A stretch of DNA of 64,000 bases from Candidatus Nomurabacteria bacterium (GTDB lineage Bacteria; Patescibacteriota; Patescibacteriia; UBA1558; GWA2-36-10): assembly GCA_020632415.1 (NCBI GenBank), contig JACKFO010000002.1, positions 711,918 to 775,917 of the forward strand. The letters are read 5' to 3'. This document shows positions 58,128 to 64,000 of the stretch, piece after piece. Each line of letters starts with the position of its first letter. Within the stretch, counting starts at the first letter, position 1. The position numbers were made by a program, and so were the translations under genes. A model generated the notes under the pieces. The model was not told the DNA's origin. It did not search any database and saw only the letters and a list, made by a program, of their open reading frames with translations.

Positions 58128-58736
58128 TTATACCCATTCAGTAATAGGCAATCGGTTCCTGATGCGATAAACGCACAGAACGCCACATATCATACTTGCG
58201 GCAATGAGCATGTACACTGGCAGTGCGTAGTTAGCGAAAGTGTGCTCAGTGATGGCGAGGATCGACAGGCCATAGCCGATGCCGAACATGCCCCAGGCGA
58301 ATGGACGATCTTCATGTGGGTTTTTCCAAACAAACTTAAGTATTGGAATTCCAGCACAGGCATCGGCTATAATTGCTAAGTATAGTGCGAATTGGACTTT
58401 TGATGGCTCGTTGCGCACTAAGATCCATGATGCGATTGCGATGATGCCGATTAACCCGCAAGCGATGTCCCAGCCGTCAATCTTTTTACTTGATCCGCGC
58501 CACCACGCAAGTACGGTGATGATTGTGGGGTTTGCCGCTCCCAGTATTGCGGGCCAGATATTGCTAGTTGCACCGGAGGCATCATAAGTGGCTAGTAGCG
58601 CCCAACCAATAATTGACCAGATGATCCAACTGATTAAGTTCAGCGTAATTTTTCTCTGATACACTCTGATTGCGTATGGCATTGCACTTACCATAACAAT
58701 CAGGCCAGAGATTTGACCGATCGTCTCTGCTTTCAA
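58128..58736 (-). CDS. Hypothetical polytopic membrane protein (internally repeated; possibly PnuC/SWEET-fold-like), GC-rich island
   Basis: TTG start with SD AGGAG. Two similar halves (AMPYAIRVYQRK... and AGIPILKFVWKNP...) and Trp-rich helices. Confidence 0.45.
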   Translation of the reverse strand: MKAETIGQISGLIVMVSAMPYAIRVYQRKITLNLISWIIWSIIGWALLATYDASGATSNIWPAILGAANPTIITVLAWWRGSSKKIDGWDIACGLIGIIAIASWILVRNEPSKVQFALYLAIIADACAGIPILKFVWKNPHEDRPFAWGMFGIGYGLSILAITEHTFANYALPVYMLIAASMICGVLCVYRIRNRLPITEWV

Positions 58737-58915
58737 GGTGGTTCTCCTCGTTTTATTCTCAATGTTCCATTAAGCTTTGTTAGCCTAAATATCATATTAT
58801 AATATCATATTTCTAGAATTTTGTCAATATTAAGTAAAACCTGTTTATTATTGACATTTTAGCTATTTTTCTTTATATTTATTAATCTTTTCTTAAGTAT
58901 GTTATAATAAAAAAG

Positions 58916-59962
58916 ATGCGAATTTTAGCCCTAGAATCCTCTTGTGACGAAACAGCCTTGGCCATTATTTCTGGCTCTGGTTCAGATTGGGTTTTGGAAA
59001 AAGATATTGTTTACTCGCAAATTGCTATACATCAAAAATACGGTGGCGTTGTCCCAGAAGTAGCAGCTCGCAAACACGCGGAAACTATTTTTCCTTTACT
59101 TACAGAAACTCTAGGTGAAGAAAAATTGGCAACAATAGATTATTTAGCAGTGACTGCTGGCCCAGGTTTAGTTGCTTCTTTGCTTTTGGGAGTAACTGCG
59201 GCTAGAAGTTTAGCTTACGCTGCCGCTAAACCTCTTTTACCGGTAAATCATATGGAAGGTCATATTTATTCTAACTGGCTTTCTAATTCAGAGCTTAAGA
59301 ATAATGATCAAAAATATTTTCCTAGTCTAGCCTTAGTTGTTTCCGGTGGGCATACTGAATTAGTGTTAATGAAAAATCATGGTGATTATCAGCTGCTAGG
59401 CACAACTCAAGATGATGCAGTCGGTGAGGCTTTTGATAAAGTGGCAAAAATTTTGAATCTTGGCTATCCAGGCGGACCAATAGTTTCTAAGGAAGCTTTA
59501 GAAGGTGATGATCAGGCCTATAAATTGCCACGTCCAATGTTAAATTCCGGAGATTATAATTTTTCTTTTTCCGGATTAAAAACTGCGGTGCTTTATACTT
59601 TGGAACGAGAGAAAAATATTTCCCAAGCCGCAGTCAAAAATATCTGTGCCAGCTTTCAAGCAGCAGCAGTTGAATTATTAGTTAAAAAAACTATCAAAGC
59701 AGCGCAAGAGTTTCAAGTAAAATCAATCATGATCGCTGGCGGAGTCTCAGCTAATCAACTTTTACGTGAAGAATTAAAAAAAGAAAGCACAAAAATATCT
59801 TTGCCCTTATTTTATCCAGAATTAAAATATACCGGAGACAACGCGGCAATGATTGCAGTAGCAGCTTATTATGGTTTACAGAACAAAAATAAAAAAATAT
59901 TAAAAGGAGAAGAAATTTTTAGCGCTAAACCTCTTTCTAATTGGCAAATTTTTTTAAAATAA
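58916..59962 (+). CDS. tsaD: tRNA N6-adenosine threonylcarbamoyltransferase
   Basis: MRILALESSCDETALAII and HMEGHI. Confidence 0.9.
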   Translation: MRILALESSCDETALAIISGSGSDWVLEKDIVYSQIAIHQKYGGVVPEVAARKHAETIFPLLTETLGEEKLATIDYLAVTAGPGLVASLLLGVTAARSLAYAAAKPLLPVNHMEGHIYSNWLSNSELKNNDQKYFPSLALVVSGGHTELVLMKNHGDYQLLGTTQDDAVGEAFDKVAKILNLGYPGGPIVSKEALEGDDQAYKLPRPMLNSGDYNFSFSGLKTAVLYTLEREKNISQAAVKNICASFQAAAVELLVKKTIKAAQEFQVKSIMIAGGVSANQLLREELKKESTKISLPLFYPELKYTGDNAAMIAVAAYYGLQNKNKKILKGEEIFSAKPLSNWQIFLK

Positions 59963-59978
59963 AAAGCGATTTAAATTT

Positions 59979-60404
59979 ATGAGAGAATATATTTCTAATA
60001 ATCTTCAAGAGACAAATGAATTGGCAAAAAAAATTATTGCTGATTTACAAGATAAGCGTTTGATTGCTTTATCGGGTAATCTTGGTGCTGGTAAAACTGC
60101 CCTGGTTAAAGCGATTGCTGAAAATCTAGGAATCAAAGAAGCGATCACTAGTCCGACTTTTGTTTTGTTAAAAGTTTATAATTTAAATTTTAAAAATTTA
60201 AAAAAATTGGTCCACATTGATTGTTATCGTTTGGATGGCGAGGAAGATTTGCAGGATTTGGGGCTAGAGGATTATATCGCTGATCCAGAAGCTTTGGTTT
60301 TGATCGAGTGGGCAGAAAAGATCAAGAATTTACCAGAAGCTAATTTGTTAAAAATAAAGATTGAAATTTTAGGAAATAAGGAAAGAAAAATAATAATTTC
60401 ATAA
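59979..60404 (+). CDS. tsaE: tRNA threonylcarbamoyladenosine biosynthesis ATPase
   Basis: LSGNLGAGKTALVK...SPTFVLLKVY. Confidence 0.85.
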   Translation: MREYISNNLQETNELAKKIIADLQDKRLIALSGNLGAGKTALVKAIAENLGIKEAITSPTFVLLKVYNLNFKNLKKLVHIDCYRLDGEEDLQDLGLEDYIADPEALVLIEWAEKIKNLPEANLLKIKIEILGNKERKIIIS

Positions 60405-60417
60405 TATATCATATTAT

Positions 60418-60452
60418 TGACTTTTTTATCTTTTTGGTGTATAGTATCAAAA
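60418..60452 (+). promoter_or_regulatory. Near-consensus sigma-70-type promoter (TTGACT, 17 nt spacer, TATAGT)
   Basis: ttgacttttttatctttttggtgtatagtat. Confidence 0.45.
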
Positions 60453-60555
60453 TCGTCGGGTACATTGATGAAACCAAGTAAACTGACAAGGGGTCAGTTT
60501 TTGGTTTAAAGTAACGTGAGAAAGATTGACTCACGTTAGCACGGAGGGAAGTTTC

Positions 60556-60816
60556 GTGAGTGCAGCAGCAGGCAAACAGAAGAAGCCGACAGCCTTCGAG
60601 AGACGGTCGCAGTTTCGCAAGGGCAAGACCTTGGATCAACTGAGCGAGGAGCAGATTTCGAACTTGCTCAGGGATTCCAAGACTTGCACCAACGCTCATC
60701 TGCGCGTCGACGGAAAGTGTATCTGGATTTCGTCAATCAACGGCACGGTCACCGGCTACGATTGTCGACGTCAGACACGTCAGTTCCGTCGGGAAGAATG
60801 CGAAGTCCTGATCTGA
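60556..60816 (+). CDS. Small basic Cys-containing protein encoded in a GC-rich island (GTG start)
   Basis: GGAGGG lies 7 nt before the GTG. The ORF is 87 codons at about 55% GC with GC3-rich codon usage, and a strong terminator follows. Confidence 0.35.
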   Translation: MSAAAGKQKKPTAFERRSQFRKGKTLDQLSEEQISNLLRDSKTCTNAHLRVDGKCIWISSINGTVTGYDCRRQTRQFRREECEVLI

Positions 60817-60841
60817 ACTTCTGGCCTCACGAGCGCGTCAC

Positions 60842-60878
60842 ACACTGTCGATCTTCGGGTCGACAGTGTCTTTTTTTT
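60842..60878 (+). terminator. Strong rho-independent terminator (UUCG tetraloop hairpin followed by T8)
   Basis: acactgtcgatc-ttcg-gggtcgacagtgt then tttttttt. Confidence 0.75.
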
Positions 60879-60934
60879 GACAAAATGAAGAAAATAGATT
60901 ACTTTTATAGTACAAGTAAATAAAAAACATTTGA

Positions 60935-61112
60935 TCCAAGATTTAATGTCCCTTGGAGAGTTGCTGAAAGAAATCTAAAGTTTAGAAAGTAGACTCAGTC
61001 GGGGTGCGCCCGTTATTGCGCTAAAATTAAGTGTCTCTTAGTTCAAGAGAAATTAAGGTGGTACCGTCAAGTTTTGACTTGACCCTTAAACGCAAATTAA
61101 TGCGTTTTTTAT
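60935..61112 (+). promoter_or_regulatory. T-box riboswitch leader of valS
   Basis: T-box core aaattaaGGTGGTACCGtc at 61051-61070, against the consensus AAUUAGGGUGGUACCGCG. A downstream terminator aaacgcaaattaatgcgtttttt sits at 61088-61110. Stem-I-like agagttgctgaaag and a candidate GUA specifier lie upstream. Confidence 0.5.
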
Positions 61113-61126
61113 TTTAAATAAAATTT

Positions 61127-63667
61127 ATGGATAAACAAGATAATTTTAATTTAGCCAAAGCTTACGAGCCACAAGAGTATGAGGCAGAGATTTATCGTCT
61201 TTGGGAGGAGTCAGGATTTTTTAATCCAGACAATTTATCTGAAGGCAAAGAGTCTTTTACTATTTCTATGCCACCACCAAATGCAACTGGAATTTTGCAC
61301 TTGGGTCATGCTTCGACCTTGGCTTATCAAGATTTAATGATTCGTTATCAGCGTTTACGTGGTAAAAAAACCTTGTGGCTACCAGGCACTGATCACGCGG
61401 CCATTGCTACACAAACTAAGGTTGAAAAAATTTTGGCTGAAAAAGGGGTGGATCGACATAGTTTAGGTCGCGAAAAATTTTTGGAAAAAGTCAAAGAGTA
61501 CGTGGCAGACTCTCAAGGCACCATTCGTAATCAAATTAGAAAAATAGGGTCTAGTTGCGATTGGTCTCGTGAGGCCTATACTTTTTCAGATAGTTTGTCT
61601 GTCGCGGTTAACGAAGCTTTTGTGCGCATGTATAACGATGGCTTGATTTATCGTGGCTATCGGATAGTAAATTGGTGTCCACGTTGCGCTTCGACTTTAG
61701 CTGATGATGAAGTGGAATACCAAGAACAGCTTGGTAAATTATATTACATCAAATACGGACCATTTGTTGTGGCAACAACTAGACCAGAAACAAAATTAGC
61801 CGATACTGGCGTAGCTGTAAATCCCGAAGACACTCGTTATCAAGATTATCTAGGACAAGTTTTAGAAATTGATCTAGCTGGTCATAAAATCAAAGTCAAA
61901 GTTTTTGCCGATGCGCAGGTAGATTCAGAATTTGGCAGCGGTGTAGTTGGAGTTACGCCAGCTCATAGCGCTGTTGACTATGATTTCGCTCAAAAAAATG
62001 ATTTAGAGATTATCAAATTAATTGATGAACAAGGAAAAATAATGTCTACTGGCGGTAAATATGCTGGTTTGACAGTTTTAGAAGCTCGTGAAAAATTTGT
62101 CAAAGATTTGGAAGCAGCAGGACAAATTGAAAAGATTGAAGATTTAGAAAATAATTTGTCCATTTGTTATCGTTGTGATACTCCGATCGAGCCTCTGACT
62201 TCTGAGCAATGGTTTGTGGCGGTAGACAAAAAAATTCCCGGTCGCGATCAGACTTTGAAAGAGTTGGCTATTCAAGCGGTTAAAAATAAAGAAATAAAAA
62301 TTGTTCCTGATCGTTTTTCCAAAGTTTATTATCATTGGATGGAAAATTTACACGACTGGTGTATTTCTCGACAAATTTGGTGGGGTCATCAGATTCCAGT
62401 TTGGTACAGCGAAGATCAAAAAATGATCGTGGCTATTTCTGAAGAAGATGCCTTAAAAAAAGCAGGTGGCCAAAAGATTGCTCGCGATCCAGATACTTTG
62501 GATACTTGGTTTTCTTCTTCTTTGTGGACTTTTTCAACTCTTGGTTGGCCAGAAAAAACAAAAGATTTAGATTTATTTCATCCGACAAGTGTGATGGAAA
62601 CGGGTTATGATATTTTATTTTTTTGGGTAGCACGCATGATTTTGATGTCAGAGTATTTACTTGAAAGTAAGCCTTTTGAAACTGTTTATCTTCATGGCAT
62701 GATCAGAGATAAAGAAGGTAAGAAAATGTCTAAGTCTTTGGGCAACGGCATTGATCCGATTGAGATGATCGAAAAATTTGGCACCGATGCCTTACGTCTT
62801 TCTTTGATTATCGGTTCAAGCCCTGGGGCAGATTTAAGGCTTTACGAAGAGAAAATTGAAGGCTACCGTAATTTTGTAAATAAACTTTGGAATATTTCTC
62901 GTTTTGTTTTTTCACAAGTTGGAGAAATAAAAATAACTGAAAATTTACCAAAAACAGAGACTCTAGCGGACGCTTGGATTTTAGCGGAGTTTAATTTATT
63001 GATTAAAGAAGTGACTGAAAATCTAGAAACATTCAAGTTTTCTTTAGCTGGTGAAAAACTTTATGAATTTACTTGGTCAAAATTCGCTGATTGGTATTTA
63101 GAGGTTGCTAAAATAGAAAAAAATAAAGATGAGATTTTGTTGTATATTTTGCCAAGGCTGTTAACTATTTGGCATCCTTTTACGCCATTTGTAACAGAAG
63201 TAATTTGGGAGCAATTTAAGTCTGATAAATTTTTGATGATTAATCAATGGCCAAAAGCAGATGAGTCAAATCAAGAAGCTCAGGAAAATTTTAAAGATTT
63301 TATTGACTTAGTAACTCAAATTAGAAATATTAAGGCGGAAAATAAGATTCCACCAGTTGAGTTTGTAGATTGTTATCTAGAAAGTCAAGTTTTGAGCTCT
63401 GCTGACTTAGAGGTTGTAGCAAAATTAGGACGAGTTAATTTAAAAACAGAAGAAATAACAGGGGAGAACTTTGCTTCTTTTAAGTCCCGTGGTCAAATCA
63501 AGGCTGCAAAGGCGATGACTGAAAAGGAGAAAGAGGATTTAGAAAAATATATTAAGTCCCTGGAAGCAAAGCTTGGTAACAAGGCTTTTGTTGAAAATGC
63601 TCCGCCAGAGGTAGTAGCAGATAATCAAAAGCGTCTTGAAGAAGCAAAACAAAAATTAGCGAATTAA
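61127..63667 (+). CDS. valS: Valine--tRNA ligase
   Basis: HIGH region PPPNATGILHLGHA, KMSKS, and a C-terminal coiled coil. Confidence 0.95.
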   Translation: MDKQDNFNLAKAYEPQEYEAEIYRLWEESGFFNPDNLSEGKESFTISMPPPNATGILHLGHASTLAYQDLMIRYQRLRGKKTLWLPGTDHAAIATQTKVEKILAEKGVDRHSLGREKFLEKVKEYVADSQGTIRNQIRKIGSSCDWSREAYTFSDSLSVAVNEAFVRMYNDGLIYRGYRIVNWCPRCASTLADDEVEYQEQLGKLYYIKYGPFVVATTRPETKLADTGVAVNPEDTRYQDYLGQVLEIDLAGHKIKVKVFADAQVDSEFGSGVVGVTPAHSAVDYDFAQKNDLEIIKLIDEQGKIMSTGGKYAGLTVLEAREKFVKDLEAAGQIEKIEDLENNLSICYRCDTPIEPLTSEQWFVAVDKKIPGRDQTLKELAIQAVKNKEIKIVPDRFSKVYYHWMENLHDWCISRQIWWGHQIPVWYSEDQKMIVAISEEDALKKAGGQKIARDPDTLDTWFSSSLWTFSTLGWPEKTKDLDLFHPTSVMETGYDILFFWVARMILMSEYLLESKPFETVYLHGMIRDKEGKKMSKSLGNGIDPIEMIEKFGTDALRLSLIIGSSPGADLRLYEEKIEGYRNFVNKLWNISRFVFSQVGEIKITENLPKTETLADAWILAEFNLLIKEVTENLETFKFSLAGEKLYEFTWSKFADWYLEVAKIEKNKDEILLYILPRLLTIWHPFTPFVTEVIWEQFKSDKFLMINQWPKADESNQEAQENFKDFIDLVTQIRNIKAENKIPPVEFVDCYLESQVLSSADLEVVAKLGRVNLKTEEITGENFASFKSRGQIKAAKAMTEKEKEDLEKYIKSLEAKLGNKAFVENAPPEVVADNQKRLEEAKQKLAN

Positions 63668-63671
63668 AAAA

Positions 63672-63701
63672 ATCACTCCTCAATTCGGGGAGTGATTTTT
63701 T
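63672..63701. terminator. Bidirectional terminator between valS and pilB
   Basis: Stem atcactcc/ggagtgat with flanking A- and T-runs. Confidence 0.65.
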
Positions 63702-63713
63702 ATTTTTTTAAGT

Positions 63714-64000
63714 TTACTCGGCGGCTTTATCAAAAACTTCTTCCAAAGAAGTCAGTCCGTCCATAGCTTTTAATACGCCATCTTGGAACATTGTCACCAT
63801 GCCTTCTTCGATCGCTATTTTTTCAATATCGTATTCTGAAACATCACCAGATAAAATAATTTTTTCAATGCTTGGACTCATGGTCATGATTTCATAAATT
63901 CCCAGTCTTCCTTTGTAGCCCAAATCATTACATTCAGGGCAACCAACAGCTTTATAAAATTTTAGATTAGCTAAATTATCTACTTTAGCTCCCGATTTAG
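63714..64000 (-). CDS. pilB: Type IV pilus / type II secretion assembly ATPase (PilB/GspE family), C-terminal fragment; continues beyond the window
   Basis: Manual translation upstream of the ORF-track start gives ...KFYKAVGCPECNDLGYKGRLGIYEIM..., the GspE zinc-finger/C-terminal signature. The frame is open to position 64000. Confidence 0.7.
   Translation of the reverse strand, partial: KSGAKVDNLANLKFYKAVGCPECNDLGYKGRLGIYEIMTMSPSIEKIILSGDVSEYDIEKIAIEEGMVTMFQDGVLKAMDGLTSLEEVFDKAAE

Noticed and set aside
57719-58587. Overlapping ORFs 57719-58186 (-), 57754-57981 (+), 58068-58379 (+) and 58279-58587 (+)
   Set aside because: They are alternative-frame or antisense ORFs within GC-rich island 4. 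The annotated SemiSWEET-like and membrane-protein frames have strong SDs and hydrophobic periodicity; these do not.
60409-60880. GC-rich segment as tmRNA, RNase P RNA or SRP RNA
   Set aside because: I searched by eye for the diagnostic motifs and found none. Those were the tmRNA 5' GGGG...UUCGAC and 3' T-arm-CCA with an ANDENYALAA-type tag, the RNase P GGAAAGUCCGGGC / AGGGUGAAA / ACAGAACCCGGCUUA blocks, and the SRP domain IV GGAAGCAGCC motif. The segment is kept as an unclassified unit in the findings.

Overview
The window is AT-rich (about 30-33% GC) and gene-dense. Its style resembles a reduced-genome Candidate Phyla Radiation (Patescibacteria) bacterium; I cannot confirm that from sequence alone. 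The standard genetic code applies, since TGA is used as a stop.

Housekeeping genes recognisable from their motifs:
- Transcription, replication and repair: rpoC (3' end), ftsK, recA, ruvC, uvrB, polA, holA, rarA, nusA and a YebC-family regulator.
- Translation and tRNA modification: tyrS, valS, truB, tsaD-tsaE, rpsT, tig and cspA.
- Other: hppA (a V-type H+/Na+ pyrophosphatase) and an RodZ-like protein.
- Five tRNAs (Ser-CGA, Cys-GCA, Leu-TAA, Gly-GCC, Glu-TTC), all with CCA encoded.

Accessory or unusual content:
- A cell-envelope glycan cluster at 5208-21507: a flippase, two O-antigen-ligase-like paralogs, a cupin, galU, a sugar-binding lipoprotein, a DUF2079-like membrane protein, an LtaS-like sulfatase and a GT-C-like membrane protein.
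- Inside that cluster, a tandem array of five VirB2/TrbC-like pilin paralogs at 12982-15601. One carries a large Cys-rich C-terminal domain, two are recent duplicates, and a palindromic intergenic repeat follows each duplicate.
- A non-canonical alpha-glucan module at 22956-29718: two GT5 glycogen-synthase-like genes, a GH57 enzyme, an APH-fold kinase, a P-loop kinase and a GalT-like HIT uridylyltransferase. No glgC, glgB or glgP is present.
- A type IV pilin with a Cys-rich tail at 43750-44274 and a partial pilB at the window end.
- A T-box leader upstream of valS.
- Recurrent leaderless promoters, with TATAAT 6-9 nt before the ATG.
- Five short GC-rich islands (about 48-55% GC). Each has a strong Shine-Dalgarno sequence and its own terminator. 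They encode a lipoprotein, a SemiSWEET-like PQ-loop protein and other membrane proteins, plus an enigmatic promoter/leader/small-ORF/terminator unit at 60409-60880.

No CRISPR array, rRNA, transposase or integrase was seen.
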